This document shows, one piece after another, positions 38,319-47,417 of a stretch of 64,000 nt of DNA (position 1 is the stretch's first letter; every line of letters begins with the position of its first letter). Origin of the DNA: Cyclobacteriaceae bacterium (lineage in GTDB: Bacteria > Bacteroidota > Bacteroidia > Cytophagales > Cyclobacteriaceae); contig JAHBTX010000004.1 in assembly GCA_019638395.1 (NCBI GenBank), positions 306,411 to 370,410 on the forward strand, read 5' to 3'. A program made the position numbers and the translations under genes. The notes under the pieces are model-generated. The model was not told where the DNA came from and searched no databases. It saw only the letters and a list, made by a program, of their open reading frames with translations.

Positions 38319-39128
38319 ATGGTAACCTTTCCGCATTGTAAAATCAACCTTGGCCTGCACGTTGTAGCGAAGCGAGGCGATGGCTATCATAACATTGAAA
38401 CATGTTTTTATCCCGTTCCCCGTACTGATATTCTGGAAGTAATTAAAGCTAATACATTTGCCTTCACCACTTCCGGTTTACCCGTGGCCGGTTTGCCCGA
38501 ACAGAATTTATGTGTGAAGGCATATCATTTCTTAGCCAATGAATTTAGATTAGGTTCTGTAAAAATTCATTTGCATAAAATATTGCCGATGGGTGCAGGC
38601 GTGGGTGGTGGCTCAGCCGATGCCGCATTTATGGTGCGTTCGCTTAATACACTTTTTCAACTGAAACTTTCGCCCGAACAATTAAAAAGCTACGTGGTTG
38701 AATTGGGTAGCGATTGCGCTTTCTTTTTGCAAGACCAACCCATGTTGGCCGAAGGCCGGGGCGAAGTACTTACTGCTGCACCCGTTAGTTTGAAGGGCAA
38801 GTACCTGGTGTTGGTAAAACCCGATGTACATGTAGCTACAGCCGATGCGTATGCAGGAGTAGTGCCCACTAAACCGGTTAACAACTTAAAAGATATTTTA
38901 CAATTGCCCATTACAAGCTGGCGTGAAAAACTGGTGAATGATTTTGAACCTTCGGTGTTTAAAAAGTTTCCGGTAATAGGCGAATTGAAAAAACAACTGT
39001 ATGCCAACGGTGCGCTTTACGCGAGCATGAGTGGCTCAGGTGCTTCGGTGTTTGGAATATTTGATGCACCGGTTAATCTGCAAAGTAAGTTTAGCGATGT
39101 AGATTATTGGGCTGGAGTACTCAGTTGA
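38319..39128 (+). CDS. ispE: 4-diphosphocytidyl-2-C-methyl-D-erythritol kinase
   Basis: KINLGLHV, KILPMGAGVGGGSADAA, LGSDC, SMSGSG. Confidence 0.95.
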   Translation: MVTFPHCKINLGLHVVAKRGDGYHNIETCFYPVPRTDILEVIKANTFAFTTSGLPVAGLPEQNLCVKAYHFLANEFRLGSVKIHLHKILPMGAGVGGGSADAAFMVRSLNTLFQLKLSPEQLKSYVVELGSDCAFFLQDQPMLAEGRGEVLTAAPVSLKGKYLVLVKPDVHVATADAYAGVVPTKPVNNLKDILQLPITSWREKLVNDFEPSVFKKFPVIGELKKQLYANGALYASMSGSGASVFGIFDAPVNLQSKFSDVDYWAGVLS

Positions 39129-39150
39129 GTTATACGCATGAATTGGAACA

Positions 39151-40050
39151 CTAAAGACTTTCAAGTCGCCTGGCCTGCGTTTTTTTTAAGATAGGATAAA
39201 TAATAACGGCACTTAACACAATGGAAGTGCCCATATAAAATTGCCAGTTCATTACTTCTTGTTGCCCGAATACAAGTAAGGCTAATACAATTCCATAAAG
39301 TGGTTCGAGGTTTAGCGCAAGCTGAATCATAAACACGCTTATTTTTTTGGAAAGATTAATTGAGGCTGAGAAGGCATATACCGAGCAAGCCCACGCCATA
39401 ATGGCAATGTAAAACCAATCGCTAACAGTAGGTATCAGGTTGAGTTGATCTACGGTAGGAAGTTGTAGGTATAGTGGCATGAATAACAAAATCAGTAAAC
39501 ACGCTCCCAGCATTTCGTAAAATGTAATTGCATACGCATTTACCTGGTGTACCAGTTTTGAGTTGATAATGCTGAACCATGCTGCGGTTAAACCCGAGAT
39601 TATACCTAATAATAAACCGAGCGGGTGTTTAAAGTCAAAAGCTAAAATAATTCCCAACCCAATAAGCACTACCACGCCCAACGCTATTTCAACACCGGCA
39701 ATTTTTTTTCTTTTCAGAATTGGTTCGAGTATAGCGGCCCAGAACGAACATGTGGCAAAGCCAACCAAACTGGTGGAGGGGTTTGAAATTTTTCCGGATA
39801 CAAAAAATGTAATCCAATGAATGGCAACAATTACACTGGTAGCCACCACTTTTACCAGTAGCGAGCCCGAAATTTGAAACGATTTACGAAGCAACAGCAT
39901 AATTGCACCCATGCCCATAGCAGCCAGCAACGTGCGGTAAAAAACCATTTCGACCGATGGAATTGAAATGAGTTTACCCAATACAGCCGTAAAGCCCCAT
40001 AAAAAGACGAGCATGTGCAGGTGTATATAATCTCGTGTTGTGGCAATCAC
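39151..40050 (-). CDS. DMT/EamA family transporter
   Basis: About ten TM segments; LWGFTAVLGK and NLEPLYGI. Confidence 0.88.
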   Translation of the reverse strand: MIATTRDYIHLHMLVFLWGFTAVLGKLISIPSVEMVFYRTLLAAMGMGAIMLLLRKSFQISGSLLVKVVATSVIVAIHWITFFVSGKISNPSTSLVGFATCSFWAAILEPILKRKKIAGVEIALGVVVLIGLGIILAFDFKHPLGLLLGIISGLTAAWFSIINSKLVHQVNAYAITFYEMLGACLLILLFMPLYLQLPTVDQLNLIPTVSDWFYIAIMAWACSVYAFSASINLSKKISVFMIQLALNLEPLYGIVLALLVFGQQEVMNWQFYMGTSIVLSAVIIYPILKKTQARRLESL

Positions 40051-41147
40051 CGTGGAACGTATTTATACATACCCAGTGAGATTATGATAAACGCACCATT
40101 TGGCAACCAGGCGGCCAGAAATGGAGGAAGTGCTCCCGTTTCGGCAAAAGTGCGTGTCATCGTAAAAAATAAAATGAAGATGAAAGAAAGTAAGAAGCCA
40201 AGTGCAATCTGAAATCCGGTTCCACCTCTGCTTTTGCGCGATGAAACCAGCACACCCATAAATACCAACACAAAAATGGTAAAGGGTATTGCATAGCGAA
40301 TTTGTTTTTCGGTTTCATATACTTCTACTCCTGTGCTTCCGCGAAAGCGCATCTTTTCAATTTGTTCGGTAAGCTCATGAATGGTCATGCCATCGTACCC
40401 GCGGTCGGTGGCATCAAAATCTTTTGGGGTGACGGTAAGGGTGGTATCCAGCGCATCCCCGTGCGAAGCCAGGTCGATAACCGCACCTTTTGACCGTATT
40501 CTGAAAATACTATCGATTGGTTTGTGTTTCCAATAGCGGAGTGTCCATTTACGTTTGGCAGTATCCCACTGAATATTTTCGGCCGTTAATTTTTCTACCA
40601 ACCGGTTGCTGTCAAAACGTTCTAACGTAAACTGGTGGCCCACTTGCGATTGGCTGCTGAAGTTTTGAATAAACAGATATACGTTGGGCTCAACTTGCAT
40701 GTGTATGTTCGATCGGTTGGTTATGTTGGCTTTTTTAAAATATTGCAGTTCAAATTCAATTCGCTCGCGGTTCGATTTGGGTATAACCCAGCCATTCAGG
40801 TAAAAGCTGATTCCACCAATTATCATGGCGGCAATAAAATAAGGCAATAGTAACCTTTTGAAACTAACGCCACTGCTGAGGATGGCGATAATTTCGGTAT
40901 GGGCAGCCATACGCGAGGTAACATAAACAATAGTTATAAAAACGGTAATGGGTGAAATAAGACCTGCAATCCATGGAATAAAGTCGGCATAGTAACCCAA
41001 TATGCGGGCCGTGTTCAGGTTGTTGACAACAAACTTGTCTATTTTTTCAGTAACATCAATTACAGTAATAATTGCAACCAGAATCAGCACCACGTAAAAA
41101 AACGTAGTTAGAATTTTTTTTATGATATACCGATCCAGAATGGTCAT
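40047..41147 (-). CDS. LptF/LptG family LPS export permease
   Basis: ILDRYIIKK, TEIIAILSSGVSFKRL, FLAAWLPN. Confidence 0.9.
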   Translation of the reverse strand: MTILDRYIIKKILTTFFYVVLILVAIITVIDVTEKIDKFVVNNLNTARILGYYADFIPWIAGLISPITVFITIVYVTSRMAAHTEIIAILSSGVSFKRLLLPYFIAAMIIGGISFYLNGWVIPKSNRERIEFELQYFKKANITNRSNIHMQVEPNVYLFIQNFSSQSQVGHQFTLERFDSNRLVEKLTAENIQWDTAKRKWTLRYWKHKPIDSIFRIRSKGAVIDLASHGDALDTTLTVTPKDFDATDRGYDGMTIHELTEQIEKMRFRGSTGVEVYETEKQIRYAIPFTIFVLVFMGVLVSSRKSRGGTGFQIALGFLLSFIFILFFTMTRTFAETGALPPFLAAWLPNGAFIIISLGMYKYVPR

Positions 41148-41156
41148 TCAAAAAAA

Positions 41157-42287
41157 TTACAAGCGTTGCGAAACGATTTTTATCATACGGTTTTTCCAGC
41201 CATAAAAAGTACCTGCTAAGATTTGTTGCCGGGCTTGCTTTACCAACCAAAGGTAAAATGCAAGGTTATGGATAGAAGCAATTTGTGCGCCTAAAATTTC
41301 CTTGGCAATAATCAGGTGCCGCAGGTATGCTTTTGAATAAAAAGAACTTACATAATCGCCCAGCTCCGGATCGATGGGTGAAAGATCGTCTTTCCATTTT
41401 TCGTTGCGGATGTTAATAATGCCTTGTGTGGTAAATAGCATACCATTGCGTGCATTGCGTGTGGGCATTACACAATCAAACATATCGATGCCAAGTGCAA
41501 TGCATTCCAGAATATTTTCAGGTGTACCCACACCCATCAGGTATCGTGGTTTATGTTCAGGCAAAATGTTGCATACCAGATCGGTCATTTCATACATCAT
41601 CTCGTGTGGTTCGCCAACTGATAACCCACCTATGGCATTACCGGGTTGATCCTGCGAAGCAATAAACTCAGCCGATTGTGTGCGCAAATCTTTATAGACA
41701 CTGCCTTGCACAATGGGAAACAACGCCTGCGAGTAGCCATACTTTCCTTCTGTTTCGTTTACCCGTTTTACGCATCGTTGCAGCCAGCGGTGTGTAAGGC
41801 CCATCGATTTTTTGGCATAGGCATATTCGCACGGATAAGGTGTGCACTCATCAAACGCCATAATAATATCAGCCCCAATAGTGCGCTCAATATCCATTAC
41901 GCCTTCGGGTGTAAAAACATGTTTTGAGCCATCGATATGAGATTTAAAGATTACGCCTTCTTCGGTAATCTTGCGGTTATCGCCCAACGAATAAACCTGG
42001 TAGCCACCGCTATCGGTAAGTATAGGTCGTTGCCACCCGATAAACTTGTGCAATCCACCGGCTTGCTCTAACAAACCAAGTCCCGGCCGTAAATACAAAT
42101 GGTAGGTGTTTCCTAAAATAATTTTTGCATCAATATCGGTTTCAAGCTCACGCTGATGTACGGCTTTTACTGAACCTGCAGTACCCACCGGCATAAAAAT
42201 AGGTGTAGGTATTTCGCCATGATCGGTAAGAATTACACCGGCTCGTGCTTTGCAATCCGGATTGGTAGCTGAAAGTGTAAATTTCAT
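41157..42287 (-). CDS. tgt: tRNA-guanine transglycosylase
   Basis: TPIFMPVGT, GNTYHL, TDSGGYQ, DMFDCVMPTRNARNG; start likely the ATG at 42287. Confidence 0.95.
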   Translation of the reverse strand: MKFTLSATNPDCKARAGVILTDHGEIPTPIFMPVGTAGSVKAVHQRELETDIDAKIILGNTYHLYLRPGLGLLEQAGGLHKFIGWQRPILTDSGGYQVYSLGDNRKITEEGVIFKSHIDGSKHVFTPEGVMDIERTIGADIIMAFDECTPYPCEYAYAKKSMGLTHRWLQRCVKRVNETEGKYGYSQALFPIVQGSVYKDLRTQSAEFIASQDQPGNAIGGLSVGEPHEMMYEMTDLVCNILPEHKPRYLMGVGTPENILECIALGIDMFDCVMPTRNARNGMLFTTQGIINIRNEKWKDDLSPIDPELGDYVSSFYSKAYLRHLIIAKEILGAQIASIHNLAFYLWLVKQARQQILAGTFYGWKNRMIKIVSQRL

Positions 42288-42393
42288 TTCGGGCCGCAAG
42301 TTAGGTGTAGGCTTTTGGGCGTGCAAATACTTAACACTATCGCTTTTTAGTTCGGGTAAGTTTAGGGATATGCCTCTCATTCCAGTGAAGCCT

Positions 42394-42401
42394 TTATCTT
42401 T
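42394..42401 (+). promoter_or_regulatory. Bacteroidota -7 promoter element (TATCTTTG)
   Basis: TAnnTTTG match 21 nt before the GT2 start. Confidence 0.55.
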
Positions 42402-42422
42402 GTCGGGCTTAAAAAATTTTCA

Positions 42423-43520
42423 TTGGCGGTAATAGCACTCGTTTTTCTGGCGGCAGTTGGTGTACAGGTAGTTTACTTAAGCTTGTTACTGATAGCCTTT
42501 TTCAAAAACCGCCAATCTGCTGCCGGTGTTCCTCAACCGGTATCGATTATAGTTTGCGCCCACGATGAGGAAGAAAACCTGCGCGAGTTAGTGCCGTTAT
42601 TGCTTGCACAAGATCATCCTGAGTTTGAAGTAATTGTGGTGGAAGACCGCTGCAACGATGGCACCTTCGATTACCTGCGCGAAACAAGTCAGCAGCATAA
42701 TCATCTGCGCCTGGTGCGGGTTCAACACAAGCCCGATCACATCAGTGGAAAGAAATATGCATTAACGCTCGGCATTAAAGCAGCCAAATACGAACATCTT
42801 TTGTTTACCGATGCCGATTGCCGGCCGGCCAGTAACCAATGGGCCAGGGTAATAACTTCTTCGTATCAGCCGGCAACAGAGATGGTATTGGGTTTTTCGC
42901 CTTATCAAAAAACGTCCGGTTGGTTAAATGCCTTTATCCGGTTCGAGGCATTGCTTACGGCTATTCAATACCTGGGCTTTGCCTGGCTGGGTAATCCCTA
43001 CATGGGTGTGGGCCGAAATCTTTCGTATAAGAAGTCGAAGTTTTTATCGGGCAAAGGCTTCATATCACATCAGCATGTTACCGGTGGCGATGATGACTTG
43101 TTTGTAAATCAATATGCTAAAAAGAGTAACACGGTGGCAGTTGCTTCTGCCGATAGCCTGGTTTTTTCAAAATCTGCATCGGGCTGGAAACAGTTTCTGC
43201 ACCAAAAACGCAGGCACCTGGCAGCAGGAAAGTATTATCGGCTGGGCGACAAGGTTTTACTGGGTTTGTTTATGCTTAGCTGGCTGGCAAGTTGCTTTAT
43301 GTTGGTGCCCGCATTATTCAGTACACTTATGTATTATGTGGCCGGTGTAATTTTACTCAGAATACTGATACTCATGCTATTGTTTAAAGCACTTGCGCGC
43401 AAAACAGGTGTGCATTTTGAAATGTGGGAAGTGCCGGTTTTAGATTTTATTTTTGCCTTTTACTATCTTGTAACCGGCCTGCGGGCGTTAGTTGCGAAAC
43501 AATTACGATGGAAGAATTAG
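42423..43520 (+). CDS. GT2 family glycosyltransferase, membrane-bound
   Basis: SIIVCAHDEE, FTDADC, GDDDL, QKRRH; C-terminal TM segments. Confidence 0.9.
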   Translation: MAVIALVFLAAVGVQVVYLSLLLIAFFKNRQSAAGVPQPVSIIVCAHDEEENLRELVPLLLAQDHPEFEVIVVEDRCNDGTFDYLRETSQQHNHLRLVRVQHKPDHISGKKYALTLGIKAAKYEHLLFTDADCRPASNQWARVITSSYQPATEMVLGFSPYQKTSGWLNAFIRFEALLTAIQYLGFAWLGNPYMGVGRNLSYKKSKFLSGKGFISHQHVTGGDDDLFVNQYAKKSNTVAVASADSLVFSKSASGWKQFLHQKRRHLAAGKYYRLGDKVLLGLFMLSWLASCFMLVPALFSTLMYYVAGVILLRILILMLLFKALARKTGVHFEMWEVPVLDFIFAFYYLVTGLRALVAKQLRWKN

Positions 43521-44122
43521 AAGAAAACCGGTTTTCATCCAAGGCGCTGGAAGATTTTAAGCTGATTGACATGGCTGTAGGCGGTGATGATAAAGCCTAT
43601 GCCAAGCTTTTGCAGCGCTATAAGCGCCCGGTTTATCACATGATATTGAAAATGGTGCGCAACATAGACGATGCCGAAGACCTTACCATGGAATCGTTCT
43701 CGAAAGCCTTTCGCAGCCTGGCCCGGTTCAAAAAAGATTTTACTTTTAGCACGTGGTTATTCCGCATTGCCACCAATAACACCATCGATTTTATCCGCAA
43801 GAAAAAACTCAATACCCTCAGCATTCAAAATACCTTTACGGATGATGATGGACAGGCAGTGAGTATTGATGTAGAAGATGACGGTAACCTGAACCCACAG
43901 GATGAAGCCATCAAGGCGCAAAAAGAAGAGTTGATTCAGGTATTTGTGAACATGCTTCCCGGCAAATACCAGAAACTGGTGCGGCTGCGCTATTTTAACG
44001 AACTGAGTTACGAAGAAATAGCCGTTGAGTTAGATGCTCCGCTGGGTACTGTTAAGGCCCAGTTGCATCGTGCCCGCGAGCTGATGTATGACCTCGTGAA
44101 GAATAAAAAAGAGCATATCTGA
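43508..44122 (+). CDS. ECF RNA polymerase sigma factor
   Basis: DAEDLTMESFSKAF, FSTWLFRIATN, LSYEEIA...GTVKAQLHRAR; ATG at 43508. Confidence 0.92.
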   Translation: MEELEENRFSSKALEDFKLIDMAVGGDDKAYAKLLQRYKRPVYHMILKMVRNIDDAEDLTMESFSKAFRSLARFKKDFTFSTWLFRIATNNTIDFIRKKKLNTLSIQNTFTDDDGQAVSIDVEDDGNLNPQDEAIKAQKEELIQVFVNMLPGKYQKLVRLRYFNELSYEEIAVELDAPLGTVKAQLHRARELMYDLVKNKKEHI

Positions 44123-44259
44123 ACAGCAACTTAAGGCTGTAAAAATTCATTAAATTCTGAGGCAAACAAAGCTGTTTTCGTATCTTAGAATACGGTAAAA
44201 CGATCTGTATCAACATGCCCCGATTTTGACATTTCAAACATTTCTTTACCTTTATTCTT

Positions 44260-44799
44260 GTGAAAAGAAGTTTTGCCCTATTTATGATGCTTTTGTTCCT
44301 GCTAAACGTGCTGGGATATTATGGCGTTTTGGTAGGCTTACAACTCAAAAACAAACAAAACTTGCAAGCTCAGTTCGATTCTGATGAATATGAGCGCCAG
44401 CACGAGGTAACAATCAAGGTTCCGCTTACAATTCCCTACGCCACCGATTCAAAGGAATATACCCGCGTAGATGGTGAGTTTGAGCACGAAGGCGAAGTTT
44501 ACCGAATGGTAAAACAGAAATTGCAAAGCGATACGCTGTACATTGTTTGTGTAAAAGATGCTACTTCAAAAGACATTAAACAGGCTTTAGCCGAATACGT
44601 AAAATCGTTTACTGATAAACCCGCATCGGAAAAAAGCCAAACCAAAACGCTTCAAAATTTTAGTAAGGACTATATTAATACAACAACCAGCTTGCAAAAC
44701 AAAACAGTTGGCTGGAACAACGCGGTAACGCATGGCGAAAGGGTAGTTGCATATCCAACCCGCATCGCTGACACAACCAGTCCACCTCCTAAAGTTTAG
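44260..44799 (+). CDS. Hypothetical protein with an N-terminal hydrophobic segment and a C-terminal SPPP motif; possible regulatory leader ORF
   Basis: GTG start; ends ADTTSPPPKV; heads the TonB-receptor operon. Confidence 0.7.
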   Translation: MKRSFALFMMLLFLLNVLGYYGVLVGLQLKNKQNLQAQFDSDEYERQHEVTIKVPLTIPYATDSKEYTRVDGEFEHEGEVYRMVKQKLQSDTLYIVCVKDATSKDIKQALAEYVKSFTDKPASEKSQTKTLQNFSKDYINTTTSLQNKTVGWNNAVTHGERVVAYPTRIADTTSPPPKV

Positions 44800-44944
44800 T
44801 CTCTTAATTTAAATCCAGTACCGGATTTAGCCATTCTGATTTTTTCAGGATGACAGGCGTATGCATTTGATCCCGTGTTTCATCGCGGTATTTTGTATGC
44901 CAGCAATTGAACCAATACTCTAAAAACAACAAATTAATTTCTGC

Positions 44945-45862
44945 ATGAAAAAAATTCTACTGTTACAGGCATGCTGTATCGGTTTGGTTACAACCGTAGT
45001 TGCCCAAACCTATACCGATGCCATTATGATGAAAAAGAAAGAAATATGTTTTGCCATGATGTACGATCAGGGCTCCTGGGATGAATACTGGGAAGGCACC
45101 AACCTGATTTCAAATGCGAACATTGGCACATTTACACGAACTACCTACATGCCGATGATCGCCTATGGCATTACTAATAAATTAAATGTGTTGCTATCAA
45201 CACCGTATGTAAGCACTAAGTCCGATGGCGGCCAGTTGGCGGGCGTAAAAGGTTTTCAGGATGTAAACCTGGCTTTGAAATACGAGGCTATAAAAAAAGA
45301 TTTTGGTAAACACCGGGTTTCTGCGTTGGCGGTTGCACAATTCGGCACTCCCATGAGTAACTACTTATCAGATTACATGCCCTACAGTTTAGGTTTGGGC
45401 ACACAAGAACTTACGGGCCGGGTAATTGGCCAGTACGAATTCAATAAAATGATTTATGTGCGCGCAACAGCAGCCTATGTGTGGCGCGGACAAACGGAAG
45501 TAGAGCGACCATATTATTACAACAACGGAAGTTACTATACCACGTTTATGGATGTGCCCAGCGCGGTTAACTACCAGGCGGTTTTAGGGGGCTGGGCACT
45601 GAAGCACAACCTTCGTATCGAAGCATCCTATTCAACACTTAATTGCATTGATGGCGATGACATTCGCAGATGGAATATGCCCCAGCCTACCAATAAATTT
45701 GAAGTTACACAGGCTGGCTTCTTTGCACAATATTATTTCAAGTCCATTCAATCCATAAAAGGCTTTAGCCTGATGGCATCATACAACCAGGTTTTAGAAG
45801 GACGAAATATGGGTAAAGCCACGGGAGTAGGTGGAGGTATTACGTATCAGTTTACATTTTGA
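44945..45862 (+). CDS. Outer-membrane beta-barrel protein (transporter-like)
   Basis: Signal peptide, amphipathic strands, terminal GITYQFTF. Confidence 0.75.
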   Translation: MKKILLLQACCIGLVTTVVAQTYTDAIMMKKKEICFAMMYDQGSWDEYWEGTNLISNANIGTFTRTTYMPMIAYGITNKLNVLLSTPYVSTKSDGGQLAGVKGFQDVNLALKYEAIKKDFGKHRVSALAVAQFGTPMSNYLSDYMPYSLGLGTQELTGRVIGQYEFNKMIYVRATAAYVWRGQTEVERPYYYNNGSYYTTFMDVPSAVNYQAVLGGWALKHNLRIEASYSTLNCIDGDDIRRWNMPQPTNKFEVTQAGFFAQYYFKSIQSIKGFSLMASYNQVLEGRNMGKATGVGGGITYQFTF

Positions 45863-45872
45863 TTTACATTCT

Positions 45873-47417
45873 ATGAAAAAGATAATAGCAATTAGTTTAA
45901 GCCTGGTGTTGATCATTGCATCTGTAACCAGTTGTGAAAATGAACTTCCTACTTTTTTTAAATATACAGCCTACGAATTTTCAACGCTGGATAGTGACGG
46001 TGGCACTTGGCAACCCATCTTGTTTTCAAGTGCAACTGACATTGCGGTTGCTCCTCCTGCTGCCGTAGGTTCGCCCGCTTACCAGGCCGAATTAGCGACT
46101 TTAAAAACAGCCACTCAAAACCTTACAAATAAACAACGCGAGGCAATTACGTACTGGACTAACAACCCAGTTTTAAGATGGAATGAAATTGCCCTTGAAC
46201 TGGCCGCTAAATATAATCTTATACCGCCTCCCAATCCGGATGGCACCTATACGTTACCTTCTGCTGCTAATCCGGCAGGGCCACCACCGTTTCCGTTTGC
46301 GCATCCGCCCTATACCAGCCGCATGTTGGCATACTTAAGTGTAGCACAATATGATGGCTTGATAACCGCCTGGCATTATAAGTATGCCTACAATCGCCCG
46401 GCACCGTACATAACGGATGCATCAATTGAATATGCCTATACAAAAAATTCGTTGCCTGCTTATCCAAGCGATGGTGCCGTAATTGCAATAGTATCGCGCG
46501 ATATATTGAAGGCAATGTTTCCGCTGGAACACGATTACCTGAATGCCCGTGCCGAAGAACATGTTAGTAGCCTGATGTGGTCTGGTTCAAATACAACCAG
46601 TGATATTGAAGCGGGAACAGCTATTGCAACCGCGGTAAAAACAGCAGCATTAGCGCGCGCTTCAACCGATAAAATGGGTGCGGCCCAAACCCCGAAACCA
46701 GTTTCGGATCAGATTAAACAAGAGGCATTCGATCGCTTCGGATGGTCGTGGGATAATCAGGAAACCCCTGTGCGCCCGGTTGGGTTAACACCCCGCTTTG
46801 GGCAAGTAAACATGTGGAATGTTCCTGATGTGGTAGCTGTGCGACCGGTTCCACCTCCTGCACCAGGCTCGGCAGAGTTTGAACGCGATGCAAAGGAATT
46901 ACGCGACATTGCTAAGAACTTAACCACCGAACAACGCAAAATTGCCAACTGGTGGTCGGATGGTTTAGGAACCTATACACCTCCCGGCCATTGGAATCGC
47001 AGAACGAAAGAATACATTGTTAAATACAATATGAACCCGCTGCGGGCAGCCCGCACGTTTGCCTATTTAAACATGGCCGTTATGGATGCCGGTGTAGCCT
47101 GTTGGGATGCTAAATATTATTATCACTACCCACGGCCTATTCAAACCATGAATGGCTTTAAAACTATTTTGGGTACACCCAATTTTCCAAGTTACACATC
47201 GGGGCATAGTACATTTTCGGGTGCTGCTGCCGAAGTGTTAGCATACATATTTCCTCAAGAAGCAAGTGCTGTACGGGCGTGGGCAATTGAAGCTGCAGAA
47301 TCCAGAATTTATGGAGGCATTCATTATCGATTTGATTCAGAAGCAGGTTTAACTCAAGGACGTGCCGTTGCCGCATATACTATTGCACGGGCGCAAGCTG
47401 ATGGTGCGGATGATTAA
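45873..47417 (+). CDS. PAP2 / vanadium-dependent haloperoxidase-like lipoprotein
   Basis: Lipobox VTSC; KYYYHYPRP, PSYTSGHS and SRIYGGIHYRFD are the three PAP2 motifs; ATG at 45873. Confidence 0.85.
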   Translation: MKKIIAISLSLVLIIASVTSCENELPTFFKYTAYEFSTLDSDGGTWQPILFSSATDIAVAPPAAVGSPAYQAELATLKTATQNLTNKQREAITYWTNNPVLRWNEIALELAAKYNLIPPPNPDGTYTLPSAANPAGPPPFPFAHPPYTSRMLAYLSVAQYDGLITAWHYKYAYNRPAPYITDASIEYAYTKNSLPAYPSDGAVIAIVSRDILKAMFPLEHDYLNARAEEHVSSLMWSGSNTTSDIEAGTAIATAVKTAALARASTDKMGAAQTPKPVSDQIKQEAFDRFGWSWDNQETPVRPVGLTPRFGQVNMWNVPDVVAVRPVPPPAPGSAEFERDAKELRDIAKNLTTEQRKIANWWSDGLGTYTPPGHWNRRTKEYIVKYNMNPLRAARTFAYLNMAVMDAGVACWDAKYYYHYPRPIQTMNGFKTILGTPNFPSYTSGHSTFSGAAAEVLAYIFPQEASAVRAWAIEAAESRIYGGIHYRFDSEAGLTQGRAVAAYTIARAQADGADD

